A stretch of 64,000 bases of DNA. It comes from an uncultured virus (IMG/VR IMGVR_UViG_3300020183_000017). Taxonomy: Duplodnaviria; Heunggongvirae; Uroviricota; Caudoviricetes. Location: IMG/VR virus record IMGVR_UViG_3300020183_000017; one strand, given 5' to 3'. Below are positions 1-8,442 of this stretch, in pieces. A program made the translations under genes and the position numbers. The notes beneath the pieces are model-generated. The model did not search any database. It was given only the letters and a program-made list of their open reading frames with translations, and was not told where the DNA came from. Position 1 is the stretch's first letter; each line of letters starts with the position of its first letter.

Positions 1-215
1 TGCCATATAAACAACTTGAAAAATACTATTGGGACTGTGACACTTTGTTCATGAAAGGTGAAATGGGTGGTCAAGACTTGTGGAGTTGTTTATCTGTGAC
101 AGAGGAGTTTCAGAAAAAGTTTAAAACAAAAGAAGCCTTTAAGACTTATTGGCACGAACAAAAGCTGTATCAATGGAACATGCGTGGGTATAATCCGAAT
201 GCTGAAACATATTGA
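1..215 (+). CDS. hypothetical protein, 5'-truncated
   Basis: Open frame from the window edge (..PYKQLEKYYWDCD...NAETY*) ending at TGA 213-215. Confidence 0.6.
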   Translation, partial: PYKQLEKYYWDCDTLFMKGEMGGQDLWSCLSVTEEFQKKFKTKEAFKTYWHEQKLYQWNMRGYNPNAETY

Positions 216-243
216 GATTAACAGAGAGATTTGAGGCTGAACG

Positions 244-492
244 ATGTTTATACCAGTGTTGTTTATTTGTATCAATTTAAATTGTGAATTCATGCAGGCA
301 ACAAATAGTTTCAAATCCGAAAAAGAATGTAGGGAAGGCATAAAAATACAAAAGAAATATATGACTGATATGGTTAAAAAAGCTGAGTTGGGCAAGATAG
401 GTTTGATGGAAGGAACTTGTATCGACGCTAACATTCCTAGAGGATTAACTACCTCAGAAAGAATCAAACAACATTTCGGAGTTGAGGAATGA
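244..492 (+). CDS. hypothetical protein
   Basis: 82-aa ORF in a tightly packed + strand gene run. Confidence 0.6.
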   Translation: MFIPVLFICINLNCEFMQATNSFKSEKECREGIKIQKKYMTDMVKKAELGKIGLMEGTCIDANIPRGLTTSERIKQHFGVEE

Positions 493-659
493 AAATAGTG
501 TGGATAATGATGGTGCTGGTTTTCGCTGATGGCCAATGGAGACAGTGGAATACCTATTCTAGACAAGAAGAATGTGAAGAAGCACGTCAACTGCTAATAC
601 ATTATAGAGAAAACAAAATGACTATCATTTGTGAGCCAGTACAAATATCAGAGAAATAA
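489..659 (+). CDS. small hypothetical protein with hydrophobic N-terminus
   Basis: MKIVWIMMVLVFADG...; ATGA overlap with the previous gene; too short for the ORF track. Confidence 0.55.
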   Translation: MKIVWIMMVLVFADGQWRQWNTYSRQEECEEARQLLIHYRENKMTIICEPVQISEK

Positions 660-661
660 TC

Positions 662-826
662 ATGAGCAATGTCTATCAATTCCCCTCTAAGCCAGATAAG
701 CCAGATATGGAACTAAATCGATATCGTTGTAAATTAATAGAATTGCAAGAGGTGAAGGAAGCCATATTGCGTGAAATACGTGTAACCAAAGATATTATAA
801 AGCTGCTAGAGGGTGGAAGTAGGTAG
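662..826 (+). CDS. small hypothetical protein
   Basis: 54-aa ORF MSNVYQFPSK...EGGSR* directly after the previous stop. Confidence 0.5.
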   Translation: MSNVYQFPSKPDKPDMELNRYRCKLIELQEVKEAILREIRVTKDIIKLLEGGSR

Positions 827-889
827 TGAACGGAAGGGTTAAATTAGAATGTCTGCGTTGGTCTAGCACCGTGGGGAGAAATACCATTT

Positions 890-1192
890 ATGCCCTCTGT
901 CTATAAGAAAAAGATATGCCCCCAGTGTTATTCTGAGCACCGTAAGCGAGGTCCATTCTGCTCAAAGATATGTTCTAATAAAGCACGTATCGTCACTCAG
1001 GAAACGAAGCAGAAACAGTCGGAGTCTATGAGTAAGTTTATGAACTCAGGGAATGAGACTGCAGAACGACTAATATGGGCTATCAATTCAACCAGGGATG
1101 AGCGAGAGGAAGGTTTTCCTTTACCTCAGGTGCCTGATCCCATCGGTAATAATCAATTTGTGGCTGGTCGGGATCTCTGGACCGAGGACTGA
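890..1192 (+). CDS. hypothetical Zn-finger protein with a NUMOD3-like motif
   Basis: CPQC...FCSKIC followed by RIVTQETKQKQSESM; SD-like GGAG upstream. Confidence 0.55.
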   Translation: MPSVYKKKICPQCYSEHRKRGPFCSKICSNKARIVTQETKQKQSESMSKFMNSGNETAERLIWAINSTRDEREEGFPLPQVPDPIGNNQFVAGRDLWTED

Positions 1193-1211
1193 GTATATTT
1201 GATTGCATTCC

Positions 1212-1240
1212 TTGCTTTTCCCTTTACGAGAGAGTAAAAT
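1212..1240 (+). promoter_or_regulatory. sigma70-type early promoter
   Basis: TTGCTT-17 nt-TAAAAT in intergenic DNA. Confidence 0.5.
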
Positions 1241-1263
1241 GAGGGTGTAGGGGATGATAAGAA

Positions 1264-1371
1264 TAACCCTATGATTCTGTAGGGATTACCGTAAGTTATT
1301 GATTTAGAAGGGTATTTTAGAGAGAGAAAACATCAAATTTTCCTTGCCTTTATTGCCAATACCCGTATAAT
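1264..1371 (+). promoter_or_regulatory. early promoter module: CCCTAY/GTAGGG palindrome, IHF-consensus site, sigma70 promoter
   Basis: 1292-1304 reverse-complements to AATCAA-TAAC-TTA (WATCAANNNNTTR); TTGCCT 1344-1349 and TATAAT 1366-1371. Confidence 0.65.
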
Positions 1372-1409
1372 AGTGGGTATATTAAATGATGATGCAAAGG
1401 AAAAGTCTA

Positions 1410-2306
1410 ATGAAAGCCACGATCTCTCTCGAAAAGTCCACTGGTAAATACGTCGGTTATATCGACGGAAAAGCAGTGGTTCGCTCGAAATATGAGTCCG
1501 CTGTCTCTAAGCGTCTCTCTGAGATCACTGGTACTATCGCTACTGCTAAAGTGGCTCTGGCTACGAAGAACGACAAATTCGGTATTAATGCTCGATTCGG
1601 TTTCGTGGAGCAGCTCGTGAGTATGGTCGCTGATGGTGTTCAGCCCTCCGCGATCGTGACTGGTGAGGGTGGCTTGGGTAAGACCTATACTGTGACCAAG
1701 ACTCTAGAAACCAAAGGTTACAAAGATATTTCTGACCTAGCTGACTTCCAGGTCGGTGCTCTGATCAATACTCGTAAGTGCTTTACCTTCGTGAAGGGTT
1801 ACTCTACACCGAAGGGTCTGTATCGCACTCTCTTCGAGAACAACAAGAGCATCATTGTGTTTGATGACTGTGACTCAGTACTGAAAGATCCTGTTGCACT
1901 GAACATTCTGAAGTCTGCTCTTGACTCTTATGGTAAGCGCATCATCTCCTGGAATGCTGATATGAAGGACGATGATCTTCCTCGCTCGTTCAACTTCGAA
2001 GGTCGTGTGATCTTCATCTCTAACCTGGACGAAGGTCGCATTGATCAAGCCATCCGTAGTCGTTCTATGATGATCGATCTCTCCATGACTACCGATCAGA
2101 AGATTGAGCGTATGGAGACTATCGCTTCTGCTGAGGAATTTCTCCCTGAGTACAGCAAAGACATTATTGCTGATGCTCTGACTCTGATCAAAGAAATCAA
2201 GGAAGAAGTCAAAGAGATATCTCTCCGTACACTGATCAGCGTCTCCAAGGTGCGTGCCTCTAATAAAGACTGGAAGGATCTGGCTACGTATATGCTGACT
2301 GCTTAA
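1410..2306 (+). CDS. AAA+/P-loop ATPase
   Basis: Walker A GEGGLGKT, Walker B IIVFDD, FISN and IRSRS sensor/arginine-finger-like motifs; SD AAGGA supports a start at 1410. Confidence 0.85.
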   Translation: MKATISLEKSTGKYVGYIDGKAVVRSKYESAVSKRLSEITGTIATAKVALATKNDKFGINARFGFVEQLVSMVADGVQPSAIVTGEGGLGKTYTVTKTLETKGYKDISDLADFQVGALINTRKCFTFVKGYSTPKGLYRTLFENNKSIIVFDDCDSVLKDPVALNILKSALDSYGKRIISWNADMKDDDLPRSFNFEGRVIFISNLDEGRIDQAIRSRSMMIDLSMTTDQKIERMETIASAEEFLPEYSKDIIADALTLIKEIKEEVKEISLRTLISVSKVRASNKDWKDLATYMLTA

Positions 2307-2307
2307 T

Positions 2308-2430
2308 ATGAGTCTCTTAGAAGTCAGTCTCTTGTTAGGCACTCCCCTCCCCCTCTCTCCCTTAGATGAGGAATACGTAGAGAGTAATGATTATGATGAA
2401 CTATTTGATGTGATTGGAGAAGACGAATGA
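2308..2430 (+). CDS. small acidic hypothetical protein
   Basis: 40-aa ORF that fills the gap and has an ATGA overlap with the next gene. Confidence 0.4.
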   Translation: MSLLEVSLLLGTPLPLSPLDEEYVESNDYDELFDVIGEDE

Positions 2431-2633
2431 TGCGTGTGATTGTAAATGGTGTGTCCTTCTATACTACAGAGAGTCGAGTAAAGAATGGTGTGGGCTCTTC
2501 TGTCTCTGTAAATGCAGCTGTTCGAGTAGCATACGAACTACTAGGTAAGAGCACAGGGATCGGTACTCGAGTACCAGTATACGATCACCAGATGGTAAAG
2601 CAATATTTTGATGTACAAATTGATAGACTGTGA
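2427..2633 (+). CDS. hypothetical protein
   Basis: 68-aa ORF with GGAG upstream. Confidence 0.6.
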   Translation: MMRVIVNGVSFYTTESRVKNGVGSSVSVNAAVRVAYELLGKSTGIGTRVPVYDHQMVKQYFDVQIDRL

Positions 2634-2752
2634 GGATATTGAGTCGGGGTCTTAAACCTGTAAAAAATAGGTCTAGGGACTCCTACTGTTTTGATACAAG
2701 GCGCTAGTCACACCGATCTCTTATTTTTATTCTACACACTTAAAGGATTCCT

Positions 2753-2989
2753 ATGAAACTTAATCTTTCTCCCAGAACGTGGCAGGTCATCATCACGCAT
2801 TACACCTCCCCTACGAATGAGGTATCATATTACAAGAATATTCCTATTGAACACTTGGCAGAAGTGCAACAATTCTTTCGGAATCGTGTTAAGGGACTCC
2901 GCTATGTATTTCGTGGACCACGGTATGACGCACTGAGAGTTTCGACTCGTAAGAAAGATGCTTTCGCATTTTCTGTATATAAACGATAA
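2753..2989 (+). CDS. hypothetical protein
   Basis: 78-aa ORF with AAGGA SD. Confidence 0.65.
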   Translation: MKLNLSPRTWQVIITHYTSPTNEVSYYKNIPIEHLAEVQQFFRNRVKGLRYVFRGPRYDALRVSTRKKDAFAFSVYKR

Positions 2990-2999
2990 GGGGACTCCT

Positions 3000-3143
3000 A
3001 TGGGCACTATCATGAATTTGCTTATAGGAATCCTTATCTTTTTTGTAATAAATATCGGGTTTACCATTGCTTTCCGTTTTTGGGATTTTCATTGGTATAT
3101 CGATGATCTTACAGAATCTATAAAGGACTGGTGGAATAAATGA
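3000..3143 (+). CDS. small membrane protein
   Basis: Hydrophobic stretch LLIGILIFFVINIGFTIAF; AAGGGG upstream. Confidence 0.55.
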   Translation: MGTIMNLLIGILIFFVINIGFTIAFRFWDFHWYIDDLTESIKDWWNK

Positions 3144-3334
3144 CTGGAATACTTATGGCAATACTTGCGGGACTCCTAGTGCTTTTGGCGGGATGCTCTA
3201 CGACAAATGTAATTATCGGGACTCCTGCCTCTGTAACTGTGGAGCGAGGGGTAGTAGAAATAAAAACACTCGAACCGAAAACGAAAATTACCGTTCGCGA
3301 TAAAAACAACCCTTATGGCTCAAATGAAAAATGA
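3140..3334 (+). CDS. putative lipoprotein
   Basis: Hydrophobic signal peptide ending in the lipobox LAGC. Confidence 0.65.
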   Translation: MTGILMAILAGLLVLLAGCSTTNVIIGTPASVTVERGVVEIKTLEPKTKITVRDKNNPYGSNEK

Positions 3335-3627
3335 TGAATGAATTACTACTAAAACCTACTTTTGATTGGATAAGAGATGACTGGAACAGCAATAGTTTTC
3401 GCTTTATTATTGAGTTGCTTGCTTGGGCTGCTAGTATTGGGTGCGCTATCACTATGGCGCTCACTGTCCCCAATCCTCCCCTTCTGGCTCTTTACCCTGT
3501 TTGGATTACTGGCTGTGCCATGTATAGTTGGGCTGCTTATTCTAGGAAATCTTTTGGGATGCTTGCTAACTACATACTGTTAACCACCATAGATATGTTC
3601 GGGCTAATACGAATGCTTACATCATGA
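3331..3627 (+). CDS. small multi-pass membrane protein
   Basis: About three hydrophobic segments; ATGA overlaps at both ends. Confidence 0.7.
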   Translation: MMNELLLKPTFDWIRDDWNSNSFRFIIELLAWAASIGCAITMALTVPNPPLLALYPVWITGCAMYSWAAYSRKSFGMLANYILLTTIDMFGLIRMLTS

Positions 3628-3809
3628 TACCATTTATAACTGTAACTACATGGGAACAACTTATGTTACTTATTCTACTAGATATACTTTTCTTATGGAT
3701 TCTGATGGGTGTAGCTGTTGCTATCTTATTCTGGTCTGGACTAAACTTCGCTAAGATTTGTGACTGGATACTAAATAAAATTACTCGCCGCAAACTACAT
3801 AAAGGATAA
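3624..3809 (+). CDS. small membrane protein
   Basis: Long hydrophobic segment and basic C-terminus. Confidence 0.6.
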   Translation: MIPFITVTTWEQLMLLILLDILFLWILMGVAVAILFWSGLNFAKICDWILNKITRRKLHKG

Positions 3810-3814
3810 TTCTT

Positions 3815-4036
3815 ATGCTAACTTATACAGTTGGTCCAGATGGTCAAGAAGATCTACAGGGACAGTGGACAATTAAAGAAACTTTCGCAGGGGACTCCTT
3901 GCGTCTTTTTGTTCTTGCAGAAAAAAACGGAATGGAAAAGAAAATGTGGGTAAATCGTTCCGACTTACAAGAGGCAGAGGGACCCGATCCTGCAGGTTTA
4001 AAAGAAATTACAGAGCCAACCCCAGACTCAGAATAA
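3815..4036 (+). CDS. hypothetical protein
   Basis: 73-aa ORF with AAGGA SD. Confidence 0.6.
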   Translation: MLTYTVGPDGQEDLQGQWTIKETFAGDSLRLFVLAEKNGMEKKMWVNRSDLQEAEGPDPAGLKEITEPTPDSE

Positions 4037-4044
4037 TTGCATAT

Positions 4045-4073
4045 TTGCCTTTAATGACATAAGGGCATATACT
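4045..4073 (+). promoter_or_regulatory. sigma70-type promoter upstream of tRNA-Gly
   Basis: TTGCCT-17 nt-TATACT, ending 9 nt before the tRNA. Confidence 0.7.
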
Positions 4074-4082
4074 ATATCTTAT

Positions 4083-4158
4083 GCGGGAGTAGCTCAGCTG
4101 GTAGAGCACTTGCCTTCCAAGCAAGATGTCGCGAGTTCGAACCTCGTCTCCCGCTCCA
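4083..4158 (+). tRNA. tRNA-Gly(TCC)
   Basis: GCGGGAG/CTCCCGC acceptor stem, anticodon arm CTTGC-CT TCC AA-GCAAG, TTCGA T-loop, discriminator T and encoded CCA. Confidence 0.95.
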
Positions 4159-4178
4159 GTTAACATAAGAGAAATATT

Positions 4179-5117
4179 ATGAAAGTCGCGATCACTAGCG
4201 ATATCCATCTCGAGTTTGGAGATTGGTATCCGTCAAATCCTAAGAACGCAGATGTTCTCATTCTAGGTGGTGACATTCTTGTCGCTACTGAGCTAGAAAA
4301 TTTACAAGGTGACCCGAATGGTTTGCTAATGCACACCAAGGGAGAGCGTTTTCGTAATTTTCTAATCAACTGCAAAAAGAACTATAAGCATGTTCTTTAC
4401 ATTATGGGTAATCATGAACATTACCATGGCGACTTTGCAGTTTCACATATGGTTCTTCGCAAAGAATGTGAAGATAATGACATTCATTTTCTGGACACTG
4501 ATTCTGTTCGCATCGATGACTATACATTTATCGGTGGTACACTGTGGACTGACATGAATAAGGAAGATCCATATACGCTACATGCTATGACTGGAATGAT
4601 GAATGACTTTAGAATTGTTAATAATTCTAATCGTATGGTCGCACGTAAGGTTCCTGTCTATCAGAAAGATGAGAATGGTCATCACGTAGTTGAGGAAATC
4701 GACGGTATAAGAAAAAATGTTCAGATCGGTATAAAGATTAAGGAAGAACCAGCAAAGTTTTCGCCTCACGATGCTGTTGAGCAGCATAAGAAAATGATTG
4801 ATTATGTTAGAATCATAATCGAGAACAACCCAGATCACAAGTATGTTGTGGTTGGGCATCATGCGCCAAGCAGACAGTCAACTCATCCGAAGTATAGAGA
4901 TGATTCGATCATGAATGGTGGTTACTCTTCGAGTCTTGATGAGTTTATTATGGATCATCCACAAATTAAATTGTGGACTCATGGTCATACTCATGAGCAA
5001 TTCGATTATCTTATTGGTGATACTCGTATAGTTTGCAATCCTCGTGGGTATGTAAACTATGAACGTGGTTCTGATGTTGAAGATCCATACAATGCAAAAG
5101 TGGTTGAACTACCTTAA
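4179..5117 (+). CDS. calcineurin-like metallophosphoesterase
   Basis: SDIH, GGD, GNHE, GHH and HGHTH motifs. Confidence 0.9.
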   Translation: MKVAITSDIHLEFGDWYPSNPKNADVLILGGDILVATELENLQGDPNGLLMHTKGERFRNFLINCKKNYKHVLYIMGNHEHYHGDFAVSHMVLRKECEDNDIHFLDTDSVRIDDYTFIGGTLWTDMNKEDPYTLHAMTGMMNDFRIVNNSNRMVARKVPVYQKDENGHHVVEEIDGIRKNVQIGIKIKEEPAKFSPHDAVEQHKKMIDYVRIIIENNPDHKYVVVGHHAPSRQSTHPKYRDDSIMNGGYSSSLDEFIMDHPQIKLWTHGHTHEQFDYLIGDTRIVCNPRGYVNYERGSDVEDPYNAKVVELP

Positions 5118-5277
5118 ATACTCAGGGATATGGATTGGGTTTGTTCTTAATCCGTATCACTGGGAATTTAAATTACAAACTGAAGGTCCAACAGATTTGG
5201 ATCCTAACATGCACTTTGCGTTTTTGACTTTAGGTCCATTCTGGATTAGAATAGTGGTTGATGATGGAGGGTGGTAA
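5092..5277 (+). CDS. hypothetical protein
   Basis: MQKWLNYLKYSGIW...; overlaps both neighbours. Confidence 0.55.
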   Translation: MQKWLNYLKYSGIWIGFVLNPYHWEFKLQTEGPTDLDPNMHFAFLTLGPFWIRIVVDDGGW

Positions 5278-5465
5278 TGAGAAAAGGTTACAAGACTGTT
5301 TGGTTTTTTGACAACAAAGAAAAGAACAAGGATGCTTTGGTTATCCTAGATCTTGATGCCGATCGTTATCGTGTTAGTGTAAAGGATGATGCGGGAGTTC
5401 ATTTCTTTTCTGAATTTGAATCTCTTGAGTCTGCTAAATTATTTGCTGAAGGGTGGGTAAAATGA
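5271..5465 (+). CDS. hypothetical protein
   Basis: 64-aa ORF within the operon; GGAGG near the start. Confidence 0.6.
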   Translation: MVMRKGYKTVWFFDNKEKNKDALVILDLDADRYRVSVKDDAGVHFFSEFESLESAKLFAEGWVK

Positions 5466-5899
5466 AATCATATGTGCTTGATGTTAAGACTCGTGAAGAC
5501 GGTGAGGCATTCATTGAATTGCCTGATGAGGTTATTGAAGAAACAGGGTGGAAAGTCGGTGACGATTTAGAGTGGGCTGATAATGGTAATGGTAGTTTTA
5601 CACTAACCAAGTCTAACAAAGAATGGGTTCTTGTTGAATGCATCAGCACCTTCCGTCAGCGTTATATGGTACAGGTTCCAAGGGGTAAAGCCGAATGGGC
5701 TATGGACACTGTGGTTTGTAATGAAGCGAAAGAGTTCTCGCAATACCATATTGGTGAACAGATTGTTTCTCATCGTGTTATGAGTTATGAAGATGCTATT
5801 AAACTTTGTAATGTAGATAATGATTATTGCGCATCATGGGATGAGGAGCATAAAGTTAAAACATTCTTTACGAAAGAAGGAGAGAAGCGTGACCACTAA
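5462..5899 (+). CDS. protein with an N-terminal AbrB/MazE-like domain
   Basis: IELPDEVIEETGWKVGDDLEW pattern typical of the SpoVT/AbrB fold. Confidence 0.65.
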   Translation: MKSYVLDVKTREDGEAFIELPDEVIEETGWKVGDDLEWADNGNGSFTLTKSNKEWVLVECISTFRQRYMVQVPRGKAEWAMDTVVCNEAKEFSQYHIGEQIVSHRVMSYEDAIKLCNVDNDYCASWDEEHKVKTFFTKEGEKRDH

Positions 5900-6263
5900 G
5901 TACACATTCAAACAGGAATATTCAGGATTTACTGGCTTCTCTGAAGCAGTACCTCCAACTACGATTACCATGGAAGTTAATGGAGAGTTATCGCTACCAC
6001 AAATTGTTGAGCGATTCGAAGAGTTCCTACGTGGTGCAGGATTTCATTTTAATGGTCATCTCGACTTTGTTAATGACGATGATGTTGATGATTCGAAAGA
6101 TCAAGATGATGATAATTCGCAAGATCAAGGTGATGATATCAATCTTGACTTTGGCGATATAAACATCGGCTCAACTTACACAACAATGGGCGATCAAACT
6201 CTTACTCTTAAGATGCCAGAAAAACACTCAACTTACTACTACGATTATTCGAGGAACAAATGA
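5890..6263 (+). CDS. hypothetical protein with an acidic tract
   Basis: Probable GTG start after GGAG; 24-nt imperfect duplication at about 6088-6135. Confidence 0.6.
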
Positions 6264-6643
6264 GTAAGATATTTACTGACGTAGCTGTTTTTCTAAAAGC
6301 ATGTGGTCAGAATTATCCAGCAAATCCAGATCCAAATGTTTCTGATCTAGCTGATCTTTATAAGAAGTTAATCAAAGAAGAAACAGAAGAATTCTGGGAA
6401 GCTGTATCAGCTAGTGATGACGCTGAACAACTTGATGCATGCTTTGACATGATTTGGGTAATCGTTGGTTACATGCATTTGCGAGGTTGGAACTGTAACG
6501 CTGCTTGGGATGAGGGTGCCAAATCTAACCTATCAAAAATAGATAAGAAAACGTGCAGAGTTCTTCGTAGAGAAGATGGTAAGATTCTTAAACCAGAAGG
6601 ATGGCAACCACCAGACTTCACTAAATTTGTGGCTAAGAAATGA
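6260..6643 (+). CDS. MazG/PRA-PH-like nucleoside triphosphate pyrophosphohydrolase
   Basis: EETEE...LDACFD acidic motif, SNLSK and REDGKILKPEGWQPPD. Confidence 0.8.
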   Translation: MSKIFTDVAVFLKACGQNYPANPDPNVSDLADLYKKLIKEETEEFWEAVSASDDAEQLDACFDMIWVIVGYMHLRGWNCNAAWDEGAKSNLSKIDKKTCRVLRREDGKILKPEGWQPPDFTKFVAKK

Positions 6644-7059
6644 TTGAATGTTTAATACTTGGGGATTCGATAGCAGTTGGTGTTTCGCAAGTTAGAAAAG
6701 AATGCATAGCGATTGCTAAGTCGGGAATTAATAGTAAAGATTATTGGAATAAGAATAGATCTTATTTCGAGAAGGCAGACACAGTAAAGACTAAAGTTAC
6801 AATTATTAGTCTAGGTCCAAACGACACAAAAAATATTGACACAATAAAATATGTAAACTTGATTCGTGAGCGAGTTAAGGGTAGAATATACTGGATACTT
6901 CCTTCTGAGAAATTTAAACCAGAGAAATTTCAGAACATTAAAGACGTAGCTAAGATATGGGGCGACATTGTTATTGAAAGACCTGCTGATAAGATTTCTG
7001 CCGATGGTGTTCATCCAACTTATGCTGGTTATAAAGAGATAGCCGAGAAAGCAAAATGA
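6640..7059 (+). CDS. SGNH/GDSL-family hydrolase
   Basis: LGDS, SG, LGPND and DGVHP blocks. Confidence 0.85.
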   Translation: MIECLILGDSIAVGVSQVRKECIAIAKSGINSKDYWNKNRSYFEKADTVKTKVTIISLGPNDTKNIDTIKYVNLIRERVKGRIYWILPSEKFKPEKFQNIKDVAKIWGDIVIERPADKISADGVHPTYAGYKEIAEKAK

Positions 7060-7556
7060 TTAAAGTTTATCTAGACATGGATGGTGTGCTTTGCGACTTT
7101 GAGAAAAACTTTTCAAAGTTTCGTAATCCTAAAGTCAAGTATGATAAGAAAATTTTTAGAGATGCTGTTATGACTCATAAGATTTTTGAAGATCTTGACT
7201 ATATGCCTAATGCAATAAGATTGCTTAGTGTTGTTCGTTCGCTTAATGTTGCTGTTGAAATACTAACATCAGTTGGAACACATGATCCAATGCAGGGAGC
7301 AGAAGCTGCACGTCAGAAAACTCATTGGTTGCAAAAACATGGCATTACATATAAGCCAAACTTCGTACGCATGTTTTCCGAAAAGCCAAACTATGCAACA
7401 CCAAATTCTATCCTGATTGACGATAGACCTGATTGCGCTGGACCTTTCACTAAGGCAGGTGGACATGGCATTCTACATGAAGATAAACATGTAGATAGTA
7501 CAATAAATCTTTTGAATTCGTTAGTTCTACAAATAAATGCGCTACAAGTATTATGA
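7056..7556 (+). CDS. HAD-family 5'(3')-deoxyribonucleotidase-like protein
   Basis: YLDMDGVLCDF, ILTS and ILIDD motifs. Confidence 0.85.
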   Translation: MIKVYLDMDGVLCDFEKNFSKFRNPKVKYDKKIFRDAVMTHKIFEDLDYMPNAIRLLSVVRSLNVAVEILTSVGTHDPMQGAEAARQKTHWLQKHGITYKPNFVRMFSEKPNYATPNSILIDDRPDCAGPFTKAGGHGILHEDKHVDSTINLLNSLVLQINALQVL

Positions 7557-8191
7557 ATATATTTTATCTTGATATTAATCCAAAAACTTGTGCTGAGATG
7601 CATCTTGACAAGCATGTCGTTAAGATGATCTTAGAGTATGCTCAACTTCTTTCTACAGCACATAGAATTTTAGATGGTAAAGTTTATGAGGGTAAAACAA
7701 TCAGCGGAAGAAACATAAAGCGCTGGAAACTTGACGATCACAATCTTGAAACCTTATTGTTTAAAGCATCACACATAAGCCACCCATCAGCAATCTGGTG
7801 TCGTAAAAATGTTCAGAACTATATGTGGCTTGCGGAGTTACTTGAATGCACTTGCTCTGAGTATACTCATCGCTATGGTAAGGTTCACAGCGTTGAACAA
7901 TCTGGTCTAATGCAAACTCTAAAGAATAACTTTCCTAAGAACTTACCCATTGGTCCATTCACTGAACCAACTCCAGCTATGCCAGATGACTGTAAAATTT
8001 CAGGCGACTCACTCGCTTCTTACCATAAATACTATATTGAAAAGAAGAGACCTTTTGCCAAATGGACTAATCGTCCTATGCCTAACTGGTTCTCTGAAGC
8101 TCTAAATAGATTTAATGAAGCCTGTTATATTTTATCTGATGTAAAACGTAATAGAACTGTATCAATGTCAACACTGTTGATGAATCCTTAA
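7553..8191 (+). CDS. pyrimidine-dimer DNA glycosylase/DenV-like protein
   Basis: MNIFYLD...DKHVVKMILEYAQLLSTAHR, HPSAIW, EYTHRYGKVH and PAMPD motifs. Confidence 0.7.
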   Translation: MNIFYLDINPKTCAEMHLDKHVVKMILEYAQLLSTAHRILDGKVYEGKTISGRNIKRWKLDDHNLETLLFKASHISHPSAIWCRKNVQNYMWLAELLECTCSEYTHRYGKVHSVEQSGLMQTLKNNFPKNLPIGPFTEPTPAMPDDCKISGDSLASYHKYYIEKKRPFAKWTNRPMPNWFSEALNRFNEACYILSDVKRNRTVSMSTLLMNP

Positions 8192-8424
8192 TGCCAACAT
8201 ATACTTTTAGAAACAAAGAAACTGGTGAAACCTTCGACCAGTTCATGACTATTGCATCTCGTGAACAATTCCTGGAGGAAAATCCAAATTTAGAAACTGT
8301 TATCTCTGGCGCACCCATGATGATGGATCCAGTACGAGCAGGTGTGCGTAAAGTTGATAATGGATTTAAGGAGGTTTTGCAGAAAATTCATACTAGAACA
8401 CCAGGGAGTAAATTAGATCTATAA
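8191..8424 (+). CDS. FmdB-like small protein (Cys-less)
   Basis: MPTYTFRNKETGE N-terminus; often found upstream of phoH in T4-like phages. Confidence 0.6.
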   Translation: MPTYTFRNKETGETFDQFMTIASREQFLEENPNLETVISGAPMMMDPVRAGVRKVDNGFKEVLQKIHTRTPGSKLDL

Positions 8425-8442
8425 CAACAAGGAGAGCAATCA

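Larger units (their letters stand above)
2676..3898 (+). repeat. dispersed same-strand GGGACTCC motif, six copies
   Basis: Exact copies at 2676, 2893, 2991, 3169, 3218 and 3891. Confidence 0.85.

Noticed and set aside
890..1192. Homing endonuclease
   Set aside because: Only Zn-finger and NUMOD3-like motifs are present; there is no HNH or GIY-YIG catalytic motif
5462..6643. mazE-mazF-mazG toxin-antitoxin locus
   Set aside because: The gene between the AbrB-like and MazG-like ORFs shows no MazF or PIN features
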